This document shows, in pieces, positions 1 through 9,646 of a stretch of DNA of 64,000 nucleotides (position 1 is its first letter; every line of letters begins with the position of its first letter). The stretch is from Spirochaetia bacterium (lineage in GTDB: Bacteria; Spirochaetota; Spirochaetia; UBA9216). The translations under genes and the position numbers were made by a program. The DNA is taken from positions 384,001-448,000 of the forward strand of contig OZ223272.1 of NCBI GenBank assembly GCA_965140585.1, written 5' to 3'. Under the pieces are notes generated by a model that saw nothing but the letters and a program-made list of their open reading frames with translations, did not search any database and was not told where the DNA came from.

Positions 1-66
1 GTCACTGCCTCACTGCTCTCCTCCGCAGGAATTGAGATTTTAAGCTGAGCAGAGAGACTGTCTCTA

Positions 67-1499
67 TCAGGCAGTATCGATCTTAATCATATTGGCTTCC
101 CTGCTGGTCAGCAGCGGAATGCCTGTAACATAAACAACCTTATCACCCGAAGTAATATATCCAAGTTTCAACGCCATGTCCCTGGCCATTCGAAGCGTTT
201 CATCGGTATCAGCCACATCCTTAATGAGCTCGGCCTGAACGCCCCAGACAATATTGAGCCGGCGGAGTGTCTGCTCACTTTGAGAAAAGGCGACAATTGG
301 AACATTCGGCCTGTACATTGACAGCATCTGGGCTGTCTTACCCGACTTGGTGATTGTGATTATTGCCTTGGCATCGGCTTCGGCTGCAATCAGACAGGCG
401 GAATGACAGATGTTCTCTGCATCGGTATTGCCCCTGTGCATTCGCCGGAGTCTTGAGGGATCAAATTCAAGGGTTCGGCTTTCAGCGGCATGAATGATAT
501 CATCCATAGTCCGAACTGCTCCCAGAGGATAGGCTCCGACCGAGGTTTCTCCGCTGAGCATTACCGTATCGGTTCCGTCAAATACGGCATTCGCAACATC
601 ACTTGCTTCAGCCCTTGTGGGCCGAGGATTGTTTATCATGGATTCAAGCATCTGGGTCGCCGTTATTACAGGTTTGTTGGCGTCGATACACTTGCTGATT
701 ATCATTTTCTGTAAAACCGGGACTTCCTGCGGCGGCATCTCAACCCCCAGGTCGCCTCTTGCCACCATTACCATGTCGGTTTCAGCAATAATTGCATCAA
801 TATCCCTTATAGCTTCAGGCTTCTCAATTTGGCAATGATCGGCAGATTCCTGTTTCGTTCCTTAAGCAGCCATCTGAGCTCACGTATATCATTGGCATCC
901 CTTACAAACGAGAGGGCAATGAAATCAACATCCTGCTTAACTATAAAATCAAGATCCTGGCGATCTTTCTCGGTTATAGCTGAAACGCTTACATTTACAT
1001 TAGGAAGATTCATTCCCTTTCTGGACTTTACCCTGCCGCCGTCGATAACCTGACAGATTACATCACTGCCGGAAGCTTCCTGCACAACAAGCTGAAGAAG
1101 TCCATCGTCAATAAGAATACGGTCAGCAGGTTTCACATCGGCAGCCAGCGAGGTAAAATCGGTAGGAATAACCTTGTGCGGGCCTGAGTAAGCTTCATGA
1201 CTGGTTGAAATAACAACAGTCTCACCTGTTTCAATATCAAACTCTTCATCGATCTTGCTTAAGCGGATCTTGGGACCGCACAGATCTGCAAGTATTGCAA
1301 CTGCATTGTCGGCAAGCTTTGCCCCTTCCTTAACTGCAGCAATACTGGCAGCATGCTCCTCATAGCTTCCGTGGCTGAAGTTTATCCTTATAACATCAAG
1401 CCCCGCCCTGATCATATCCGCAATTATTTCCGGCTTATTTGTGGCCGGACCGATCGTTCCGATTATTTTTGTTCTGGCGAAATGTGTATCTCTTTTCAT
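67..1499 (-). pseudogene. pyk: Pyruvate kinase, split by a single-base frameshift near 828-830 (pseudogene or sequencing error)
   Basis: The N-half (807..1499) has TKIIGTIGPA, RINFSHG, DLCGPKIR and SFVR. The C-half (67..774) has MVARGDLGVE, ATQMLESM, RAEASDVANAVFDGTD and MLSGETSVG. Adding one A to GCC AAA TT GAG AAG restores IIAKIEKPEAIRDIDAII and a continuous ORF of about 477 aa. Confidence 0.93.
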
Positions 1500-1561
1500 A
1501 ACAACCTTATTCTAATAGATCACGAAGAAGAATGCAAAAATATTACTTTATTACTGAGAGC

Positions 1562-2377
1562 TCAGACTATCAGCAGATTACTTTTATGCCTGCTGTTCAT
1601 TCGGAGCATGGTTTTAACAAGAAAAGATTTCCTGTACTCGACAGCCCTTGCAGATCTCCTGCACTTTTTTACACAGGCAAAGCACCTCAGACAAAGAGCC
1701 TCATCAATTGAAAAATCTTCCCTGACAGCCCCCGCCGGGCAGACCTTCCTGCAGATGCCGCAGCTGTTGCAGAGCCTGTTAATAACCGGCGGCTTTGTGA
1801 ACATGGACGCGCTGCCCTCAGGCAGGATTCTGGCAGTAAGCGGAAGCCTTCCCGGAATCAGCGAAGAATCAAGTCCTGCTCCCGAACCGGCAGCAGCCTT
1901 CTGTATGAACACGCCGCCCAGTTCCCGGGCTTCTGCCAGATCAATATCAGACGGGCGCCCGGCCCCTGGAGCTATACTTCCTGAAGAAAAAGAATGCTCC
2001 CCGATAAACGCCCCGGCGGCATAAACACAGGCACCGGAAGTTACGCAGATTCCCTCAAGGTCTTTCAGGCTCATCCCGTAACCAACGTTTCCATATACAC
2101 TGATTATCAGCACAGGCCGTCCGTGCGCTTGAAGTAAGAAGAGACATTCAGCTGCTATTTTGGGAATGTGTTCCTCGTAGACAGGCATACCTATTATCAG
2201 AAGATCTTCAGATACTTTCGGAATAAATTCCGATCTTAACTCAGCCGTAGTGATATCCGAATACCTTATATCGGAAAGCCCTGTACCTTCTGCCGCGGCC
2301 ATTACAACCGCCCGGGTTGTTCCGGTAGGAGAAAAATAAACGGCTCTGACTGATCGATTGCGGTCGGTTACATCCAT
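1562..2377 (-). CDS. EFR1-family flavodoxin/ferredoxin protein
   Basis: N-terminal YFSPTGTT flavodoxin motif; two CxxCxxCxxxC ferredoxin motifs (CNSCGICRKVCP, CLRCFACVKKC). Confidence 0.85.
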   Translation of the reverse strand: MDVTDRNRSVRAVYFSPTGTTRAVVMAAAEGTGLSDIRYSDITTAELRSEFIPKVSEDLLIIGMPVYEEHIPKIAAECLFLLQAHGRPVLIISVYGNVGYGMSLKDLEGICVTSGACVYAAGAFIGEHSFSSGSIAPGAGRPSDIDLAEARELGGVFIQKAAAGSGAGLDSSLIPGRLPLTARILPEGSASMFTKPPVINRLCNSCGICRKVCPAGAVREDFSIDEALCLRCFACVKKCRRSARAVEYRKSFLVKTMLRMNSRHKSNLLIV

Positions 2378-2820
2378 TTCTGAATCTCTATAATATTGCC
2401 TTCGGGATCACGGGCATAAACTACATGTATCTCACCGGCGCCCTTCACTCCGGTTCTGACAATATCACCCACAAGTGAACCTCCGTTTTCAATTATCAGA
2501 GCGGCGTACTTCTCAACATCATCAACGGAAAAAGCTATGTGGGCAAATCCGGGCATATTAATCTGCTTCACCGGATCTGAGGAATTACTGTCATACTGAA
2601 AAACTTCAAGGGTCGGACCTTCTGCTCCGCCGCCCGGGAGTTTAAGGTGTATTCCATTTATCCTGGCATTATCCAGCCCGGTGAGATAATCAAGCCATTC
2701 ACCGGATAGGTCCCGCTCCGGGGGCTTCGGGGTACAGCCTAGGACGTCTACATAAAAGCCGGCGAGTTTTTTCCAGTCTTCAGCAACTACATTAACATGG
2801 GTAAATTTTATTTCTGACAT
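2368..2820 (-). CDS. VOC/glyoxalase family protein
   Basis: FTHVNVVAED, HIAFSVDDV and YARDPEGNIIEI motifs. Confidence 0.88.
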   Translation of the reverse strand: MSEIKFTHVNVVAEDWKKLAGFYVDVLGCTPKPPERDLSGEWLDYLTGLDNARINGIHLKLPGGGAEGPTLEVFQYDSNSSDPVKQINMPGFAHIAFSVDDVEKYAALIIENGGSLVGDIVRTGVKGAGEIHVVYARDPEGNIIEIQKWM

Positions 2821-2830
2821 CAGATATTTC

Positions 2831-3181
2831 CTATTTCTTAACTTTTTTCAGGTTTTCTTCCCTGCGGAATTTAACTATATCACTAATCAGCTGTTCCGGA
2901 AGGGGTTCGTCCAGGGGAAACTGTACTGAACCTTTGGCGTATTTGTATTCAGATATACGCTCCGGAAACCTTGAAATACCGCTGGGCGCCGGGTAAAAAC
3001 CGATATGCCCCTTGTAACCGGCAAAGTGAACCAGATTTCCATTAAGAAAAAAGGTGGGCATACCGTAGCTGATTTTTTCTGAAGCTTCCGGAGCGGCAGC
3101 CCTGATAAGCTCTCTCATCCTCACTAGCAGCTCCCTTGTTTCAGGCGGAAAACCGGAAATATAATCATCAATTTCACTCAT
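2831..3181 (-). CDS. DUF1801 (YdhG-like) protein, 116 aa
   Basis: Start reassigned to MSEIDDYI (GGAGG upstream); APEASEKISYGMPTF, HIGFYP and KGSVQFPLDEPLP motifs. Confidence 0.88.
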   Translation of the reverse strand: MSEIDDYISGFPPETRELLVRMRELIRAAAPEASEKISYGMPTFFLNGNLVHFAGYKGHIGFYPAPSGISRFPERISEYKYAKGSVQFPLDEPLPEQLISDIVKFRREENLKKVKK

Positions 3182-3197
3182 ACAGCGCCTCCGGAAC

Positions 3198-3854
3198 TTA
3201 TAGTTCCAGGTTAATAATACAGCTGCTGCACAGGTATTCAAAGCCATTTTTACGGTACATTTCAACAGCGCTGTTATCGCTGTCAACAATGATGAACATG
3301 TACTGGGCTCCTTTGTCCGCAGAGAATCCGGAAGCATATGCAAGAATTGTTGTCCCGCAGCCCTGGTGCTGAAATTCCTCAAGTACATCAAAATCTTCAA
3401 GGTTCGCAGCATTCCCGTGGATAAACAGGTCGCAGTTGCCTACATTTGCATCACCGGAAGTACAGACCAGATGATTAATTTCCGACTGGAAGTCCCGGTA
3501 GACAGGGAGTTTCCGGTCGAATCGGCGGCCGGCAAACCCGGCATATTCCGGTCCGAATGCAGCAATGTCGATATCTCTCCCACGCACATAATGTTCATTT
3601 GTATCGGCAAGCCTGCATAAAGCATCCGGATTACCTCCGGCAGCAGCAACCTTCTCAAGAGATGCATACATGACAAACTGTTCAGATATTTCAGCACCCG
3701 GCAGCTCTTCTTTAATATCAAAAGGAGATTTATCGAATAACTCAATCTGAAGCATAGCCTGCTCCATTGCCTTCCGGTAAGTCTGCTCCTCGTCATATGC
3801 TTTCTTTAGTTTTTCCTGCGGACCGTCAAACCAGAGGAAATTGTGGCAGAACAT
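3198..3854 (-). CDS. GNAT acetyltransferase, possibly 5'-truncated
   Basis: Motif A VLEEFQHQGCGT and C-terminal AVEMYRKNGF. The frame stays open upstream (EYGIRFNDKNIPD) to a TAG at 3915-3917 with no good start or RBS. Confidence 0.75.
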   Translation of the reverse strand: MFCHNFLWFDGPQEKLKKAYDEEQTYRKAMEQAMLQIELFDKSPFDIKEELPGAEISEQFVMYASLEKVAAAGGNPDALCRLADTNEHYVRGRDIDIAAFGPEYAGFAGRRFDRKLPVYRDFQSEINHLVCTSGDANVGNCDLFIHGNAANLEDFDVLEEFQHQGCGTTILAYASGFSADKGAQYMFIIVDSDNSAVEMYRKNGFEYLCSSCIINLEL

Positions 3855-3870
3855 ATCCGGAATATTTTTA

Positions 3871-4403
3871 TCATTGAACCGGATGCCGTATTCCAGCCTT
3901 TTCGACGATTGAGCCTACAGAAATACACAAAGAATGAATACTGTAGGGAATAAACCAGCCACGGATCCTTCCCATCATTCCCACAGATGAGACAATAACA
4001 GTTCCCATCATGCTTTTTACTCTAAAAGGGTCGGAAAGCATGATACGCCAGATGACCAGACGCAGTCTCTGCGGAAGCATGGAAAAAAGCCTGACCGAAG
4101 CCTTCGAGCTGTCCTGCTTACCGAGAACAAAATCTCCTTCATCATTTATTTCAGTATTCCGGCGTCTTCTATTTCCTGATCTATCTGTGCGACTGTTTTT
4201 TCGTTAACTTTTCTCAGAACCATGGGGATTGGGACAGCCTGGCCGTCAACCAGCTTCTCCACCATGATAGATATATCCACATCGTCGAAGATCACAAGCT
4301 CTTTTTGTTTTTTTAAACAGGCATGTACTTCGGGGAACTTTGAGGCCGCAGCGGCAATACATTTAACGATCCATGAATTGAAAGTGAGGCTGAATTTCCT
4401 GCT
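3871..4403 (-). pseudogene. Remnant of a 2-oxoacid dehydrogenase E2-like acyltransferase catalytic-domain gene
   Basis: 4403..4146 reads FSLTFNSWIVKCIA...LVIFDDVDISIMVEK...PIPMVLRKVNEKTVAQIDQEI. After a frameshift near 4160 it continues to MGTVIVSSVGMMGRIRGWFIP...SVGSIVEK. There is no start codon and no C-terminal DH..DG catalytic motif. Confidence 0.72.
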
Positions 4404-5183
4404 TCATTTTTCCCAGTTTTTCAGAGCTTCACGGACCGAGCGGTTCATTTCAAGAGAAAACTCGCTTGCAAACTTCCGGCCGAAGATCCTGCACCCGAGA
4501 TTCCCTTCAGGATAGCTGTGTGGCTTATCTCCATGCTCCCACTTTTCCATATTATCCATCAGGTGAAGAAGCTTCTCTTTGTCTGTTTCCGGGTAGGAAT
4601 TTTCAAAAACAACAAAGTCCTGGTCATACCTGGGTACAAGCCTACGCTTTGAGGCGGCTTCAGTTGGATACCCGAAACAGAGCAGGGTAACAGGAAAGGT
4701 ATATTCGGGAAGCTTAAACAGATCACGGTGAAATTCATAGTTTTCCATGATATCGCCGATGTAGCATGAACCGATGCCTAGCGATTCGGCCGCCGCAACC
4801 GCGGTCTGGGCAGCAATCAGCGCATCGTTTACAGCCAGCAGAAGATCACCCTCCTGAGGTTTCCTGAAATCAAGGCCTTCAGCAGCGGCATAGTCTTCTG
4901 CTCCGCTGGCGATGAAGTAATCATATATCCGCTGATAATCAGCAAGAAAAAGCAGAACAAGGGGCGCTTTTGCAATGAAGGGCTGGTTATCACAGCTTAC
5001 GGCCAGCTTATCCTTAACAGCCTGATCACTTACATCAATTACTGAATACAACATCAAATTCCCGGCGGTAGGAGCCCGCATTGTACAATCCAGAATAAGC
5101 TGTCTGGTATCAGCATCTATGAGTTTATCTGAGTAACTTCGAACCGAATGGCGCTGCAGAAGCAGGTCTATTGTGTTTTTCAT
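4404..5183 (-). CDS. Nitroreductase (NfsA/FRP-like)
   Basis: RHSVRSY, APTAGNLMLYS, QPFIAKAP, AESLGIGSCYIG and LLCFGYP motifs. Confidence 0.9.
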   Translation of the reverse strand: MKNTIDLLLQRHSVRSYSDKLIDADTRQLILDCTMRAPTAGNLMLYSVIDVSDQAVKDKLAVSCDNQPFIAKAPLVLLFLADYQRIYDYFIASGAEDYAAAEGLDFRKPQEGDLLLAVNDALIAAQTAVAAAESLGIGSCYIGDIMENYEFHRDLFKLPEYTFPVTLLCFGYPTEAASKRRLVPRYDQDFVVFENSYPETDKEKLLHLMDNMEKWEHGDKPHSYPEGNLGCRIFGRKFASEFSLEMNRSVREALKNWEK

Positions 5184-6520
5184 TTAAGAGCTCCTATTTC
5201 CTTAATAGCCTGATCTCTCTTCTGTTTTTCGCCCTTTCGAAAACTGAGAAAATCAGTACGGGTTACAATTCCCTTAAGTTTACGATCCTCCACTACAGGC
5301 AGGTGGCCGATGTTGTGTTCCAGCATAAGGTCGTCTATCTCGCGTACAGTGGTTCCAGGATCAGCACAGACTATCTTCTTTGTCATATAACCCTTTACCG
5401 GGGCATGCATCTGATCAGCTTTTCGGCCTTTCATAATATCTCTGAGTGTAAGAAAACCCACCACAAAGCCCTGTTCATCCAGCACCGGGGCGCCGGTATG
5501 GGAAATGGCTTCAAGGGTTCTGGATGCTTCAAGAAGGGAAACCTCCTGTTTCAGAGTTATTACATCTTCGGTCATTATATCAAGAGCAGTGTATGCAGGT
5601 ATCAGGCTGGTCTTAATAAGGGCAAGCATCTGGTTGTACACTTCCTGACCGTCCTCTGTTTTCACAACTCCTGAAGCAGCCTGGGTATGTCCTCCGCCGC
5701 CGAACCGGGAAAGAATTTCATTTATCTTGATGTTGGGCTTGCGGTTTCGGGCAACTATCAGAAGTTTCTTCCTTTTGGGAACATAGAAAAATGCAAAATA
5801 TACTTCCGCATTTTCAACCTCAAATATCTTTTCAACAACAGCATTTACACCTTCAGATTCCTGGTCGAGAACTGTATAGCTTGTGATAACAAAATGGCCG
5901 AGGATGTCATGGTATTCGATAGCATTGAGTACCTGATGAAAAAGGCTGACCTGAATTTTCTTTCGGAGCGGCTGAAGAAAATGAGAGACAAGTTTAAGCT
6001 CAGCACCGCAGTCAATCAGGTATGAGGCACAGCTGAAATCTTCGCAGCTGACATTCTGATGAGTGAAGTTGCCGGTATCAGCGTAAATCCCGGTCAGTGC
6101 AATGGTTGCATCTTCGGGAGAAATTTTGATGCCCCTTTTTATAACTTCCATGGCAAGAAGCGTTGTATTGGCACCATAGGGTTTATCATGAATCAAGGCA
6201 CCAACAATATCCTTATCATCAGCGGGATGATGATCGAAAACCTCGATTTCGAGTTCAGGGTTGGATATATACTGCATGTATTCCGCGATTCGGCCGGAAG
6301 TACGGGTATCAACGACAATCATCTTTTCAACATGCTCTTCCTTCAAATCAATCGGGTTGGCAAATGCCAGATGATTCTGATAGAGATTCTGCAGATTCTT
6401 TGCCACAGGATGAATCAGCCTGCTTTTAACCGGTACATAATCGGGATAAATATACCTTGCAAGCACAATCGATCCTATGCAGTCTAAATCCATATTGCTG
6501 TGACCAACGATAATCTTCAT
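5180..6520 (-). CDS. DHH/DHHA1 phosphoesterase with C-terminal CBS pair
   Basis: HSNMDLDCIGS, VDT, DHH, GIYADTG and GGGGH motifs; CBS pair (GAPVLD, YMTKKIV, GHLPVV, GIVTRTD). Confidence 0.88.
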   Translation of the reverse strand: MKIIVGHSNMDLDCIGSIVLARYIYPDYVPVKSRLIHPVAKNLQNLYQNHLAFANPIDLKEEHVEKMIVVDTRTSGRIAEYMQYISNPELEIEVFDHHPADDKDIVGALIHDKPYGANTTLLAMEVIKRGIKISPEDATIALTGIYADTGNFTHQNVSCEDFSCASYLIDCGAELKLVSHFLQPLRKKIQVSLFHQVLNAIEYHDILGHFVITSYTVLDQESEGVNAVVEKIFEVENAEVYFAFFYVPKRKKLLIVARNRKPNIKINEILSRFGGGGHTQAASGVVKTEDGQEVYNQMLALIKTSLIPAYTALDIMTEDVITLKQEVSLLEASRTLEAISHTGAPVLDEQGFVVGFLTLRDIMKGRKADQMHAPVKGYMTKKIVCADPGTTVREIDDLMLEHNIGHLPVVEDRKLKGIVTRTDFLSFRKGEKQKRDQAIKEIGALK

Positions 6521-6585
6521 AATAACTCCGCAAATTTGATTTCAGATGACTATTTGAATAGGATTATATTACATAGGAACTGAAA

Positions 6586-8133
6586 ATGAAAATTATTTCA
6601 AAGATAATACTCATTATGATATTCGGATTTATTTTAATAATCGGAATTTCAGCGTTTCTGCTCGCATTGCACTATGCAGAATGTGTTAAAAAGGCTCTTA
6701 TAGACCCGGAACAAAATATATTCTCAGAACCGACAATCATTTTTATTATTAAACTTATAATCTTTTGGCTGGTCAGCACTATTCTGATGTCACTCACGAT
6801 AACCTTTCTGGTAAGCAGGAATATAATCTATCCGCTTAAGATCATCGGAGCGGCAATCAGGACAAAAAGAAGCATCCGGGAAGAGAAGGTCAGAAACAAT
6901 CCTGATTTTGCTGAAATAACCCAGTTGTTCAATGAGGGAGTTCTAAATGAGAGAGCCCTTAGGGAAGCCCAGATTCAGGGTGAGATAGGCCACTGCTTTT
7001 ATAATATTGATAAAAAAGAGTTTTATGACTATTCGGATCAGCTGAAAGAGATATTTGAAACGAAAAATCTTAAAGAAAGTAAATACCAGGAAGTAGAGAA
7101 CCTTTTCAGCATGATGCTTCCCTCAAACCAGGAAGAACTCACCATCAGACTTAGCAGCAATGAGAAGGTACTGGAATTTGATTTTGAAGTGGAAATAAAT
7201 AAAAAAATCAAATCTCTTCATTCAAAGATCAAACCTATTTCATGGTCCAAGGAAGGCATTCCGCTGGTACTCTTTGCAACTATCCAGGACATCTCCAAAA
7301 GAGTTCAGACAGAGAAGGATTTGAGAAGATTCAACCAGGAACTCAGTGACAAGGAAAATCAGCTTGCCAGAGCCGAAAGAATGGCAACAATAGGTAGAAT
7401 ATCGGCCGGGGTTGCACATGAAATAAACAATCCTGTAAGTTTTATTCAGAATAACCTGACTGCCATGCAGGGCTATTTTGAAGTAGTAAAAAAACTGAAA
7501 AGAATGGCCGAAAGCGGCTGTACCGAGGGTGACTATGAAAGCCTGGACAACGATGAAGACGTCAACTTTGTTCTTGAGGATATAGATAAAAGCATTATTG
7601 AATCTCTTGACGGATGTTCGAGAATATCCTCAATTGTGAAAAGCCTTAAGACCTTTGCAAGACCGGACATGAAGGAAAAAATAAAGGCCGACATAAACGA
7701 AGCACTTCAAAGTACGCTCAATATCGCAAATAACGAGATTAAATACCACTGCACTGTAAAAACTGATTTCGGCAGACTTCCCGATCTGATATGCTATCCG
7801 GGCGAACTTAATCAGGTATTTCTGAACCTCATAGTAAACGCGTCACAGGCAATAAAGGAAAAAGGTATAATTGAAGTAAGCACCCTATACGATGCAGCGA
7901 GTGACGAGATAGTTATCAAAGTCTGTGATAACGGAGAGGGGATAAAAGAAGATAATATCAGCAAACTTTTTGATCCATTTTTTACAACAAAACCGCCTGG
8001 AAAGGGTTCAGGCCTCGGATTATCGATTTCCCAGCAGATAATTGAAAAACACAGGGGTACAATTTCAGCAGAAAACAGGAAGGATGGAGGGGCCTGTTTT
8101 ATTATCAGGCTTCCGGTTACTAATGCTGCCTGA
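6586..8133 (+). CDS. Membrane sensor histidine kinase (two TM segments, PAS-like, HisKA, HATPase)
   Basis: H-box GVAHEINNP, N-box NQVFLNLIVNA, DNGEG, FDPFFTTK and GSGLGL. Confidence 0.92.
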   Translation: MKIISKIILIMIFGFILIIGISAFLLALHYAECVKKALIDPEQNIFSEPTIIFIIKLIIFWLVSTILMSLTITFLVSRNIIYPLKIIGAAIRTKRSIREEKVRNNPDFAEITQLFNEGVLNERALREAQIQGEIGHCFYNIDKKEFYDYSDQLKEIFETKNLKESKYQEVENLFSMMLPSNQEELTIRLSSNEKVLEFDFEVEINKKIKSLHSKIKPISWSKEGIPLVLFATIQDISKRVQTEKDLRRFNQELSDKENQLARAERMATIGRISAGVAHEINNPVSFIQNNLTAMQGYFEVVKKLKRMAESGCTEGDYESLDNDEDVNFVLEDIDKSIIESLDGCSRISSIVKSLKTFARPDMKEKIKADINEALQSTLNIANNEIKYHCTVKTDFGRLPDLICYPGELNQVFLNLIVNASQAIKEKGIIEVSTLYDAASDEIVIKVCDNGEGIKEDNISKLFDPFFTTKPPGKGSGLGLSISQQIIEKHRGTISAENRKDGGACFIIRLPVTNAA

Positions 8134-9541
8134 GCTCTGACAAATCATTCTTCCGATGACGGCTTTTAAGCTCCTTTTTCATGATATACATCAGCTCATC
8201 AGCCTTCTTTATCAGCTCGTCATAGCCTTCACCATTTTCAGGACAGAATGCTACACCATAGCTGAAATAACAGGCAATTTTCTGCCCGTCCTGCATAACA
8301 AGCGGATTATCAACCAGACTACGCTGTATCTCCGACAGCCTCTCGATAAACTGGGCCGACTGTGAAGAAAAAAAGCAGATTGCAAACTCATCACCGCCCA
8401 GTCTTGCCAGAAGATCCGTTCCCCTGAGACTTGCCTTAAGTACAGAGATGAATTTTATTATCAGTTTGTCTCCGGCAGAATGTCCCCATAAATCATTAAC
8501 GGTTTTAAGATCATTGATATCCATCAGAACGATGCAGCACGATTCATATTCATATCTATTCTTCAGAAATTTACGGACCTGTTCCTCGAATGCTCCGCGG
8601 CTGGCGACATCTGTCATTGGATCATGATTGGCCTTATGTTCTATAGTGTTGTAAAGAAGCTGGTTCTCAAGGGCAATCTGAAGCTGAAGCCTGAAATACT
8701 CGATACTCTTTGCATCATCCTCTTCAAACACACTATCTTTACTGCTCATTATGATAATGACTCCGTAAAACTCTTCATTCACAAAAATTGGAGTCTCAAT
8801 CACTGATTTACATTCAATATCGGAACAGAACTGAAGAAGCCCGCGCCCGTCATAGTTGTGAAGGTTATTAATAATAGCCGTGCGGTCTATCATTCGTTTG
8901 TATTTCTGCCAGAAAAAAGTCTCGGCAGCCGGGACCCTTAGAATACTGGTGTTATCAATTCTGCAGCCGATTGAGGCCGCAGTTTCAAAGCCGTCTTCCC
9001 CGCTGTACCGCAGTATTATTCCGGATTCGGCGGAATCAATTGAAGCTATAGCAGCATCAAGAACAAGTGTATAGAAATTCTGCAGATCCTTGAGCTGTGA
9101 CAGATTGAGGCTGATATCCAGCAGGTAATCCTTCAGCTTGTAAAGCTTGTTGTTATAATCCATACCGCTCATGAATACCGACATCTCCAGCACCTGATAA
9201 ATCCAGAAAGCATCCACACATTCTGCCGGCGGGATAATCAGGATAAGAACAGCAATACATCGTCCGTCGGATCTAATCAGATTTGCTTTAAGAAATTTAT
9301 CATGATTTCTGATAGTAAGAGCCTCACAGCGGTTTTTGAGTATTCGTTTTTTACTGTAGATAAGTTCATTGTAGGATTCAGCTGTAAAGAGGTTCTCAAT
9401 TCCAAGATATTTTACCGATTCAGAATCATATCCGGTAAGTTCGAGAAAAGACTGATTGGAATCTATAACAATCCCGTTTTCTTCAACAAACAGGCCGCCT
9501 GGAGATTCACTGATAAACTGTTGATAAAGAGACTCTTTCAT
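8120..9541 (-). CDS. PAS-GAF-GGDEF diguanylate cyclase
   Basis: HDPMT, DINDLKTVNDLWGH, I-site RGTD and intact GGDEF; start reassigned to MKESLYQQF. Confidence 0.9.
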   Translation of the reverse strand: MKESLYQQFISESPGGLFVEENGIVIDSNQSFLELTGYDSESVKYLGIENLFTAESYNELIYSKKRILKNRCEALTIRNHDKFLKANLIRSDGRCIAVLILIIPPAECVDAFWIYQVLEMSVFMSGMDYNNKLYKLKDYLLDISLNLSQLKDLQNFYTLVLDAAIASIDSAESGIILRYSGEDGFETAASIGCRIDNTSILRVPAAETFFWQKYKRMIDRTAIINNLHNYDGRGLLQFCSDIECKSVIETPIFVNEEFYGVIIIMSSKDSVFEEDDAKSIEYFRLQLQIALENQLLYNTIEHKANHDPMTDVASRGAFEEQVRKFLKNRYEYESCCIVLMDINDLKTVNDLWGHSAGDKLIIKFISVLKASLRGTDLLARLGGDEFAICFFSSQSAQFIERLSEIQRSLVDNPLVMQDGQKIACYFSYGVAFCPENGEGYDELIKKADELMYIMKKELKSRHRKNDLSELRQH

Positions 9542-9646
9542 TAGATGTAATAAAATTATAAGATAGTCACCCGGACAATGCAAAAAAAACCATGTTTTTT
9601 CATGATTTTTGAACTATCTTGTATTGAATATCTTTTCGGAGGAATG

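Noticed and set aside
807-840. Programmed ribosomal frameshift in pyk
   Set aside because: No X XXY YYZ slippery heptamer at the site, and no precedent I know of for pyk.
4146-4406. Possible TGA read-through or selenocysteine: the frame after the nitroreductase stop stays open for 85 codons
   Set aside because: The nitroreductase looks complete, the TGA is not at a Cys-equivalent site, I saw no SECIS-like hairpin, and the downstream part is itself frameshifted. A deletion scar explains it better.
1562-5183. Integron cassette array (small GNAT, VOC and DUF1801 genes)
   Set aside because: Genes abut or overlap, leaving no room for attC sites, and there is no integrase.
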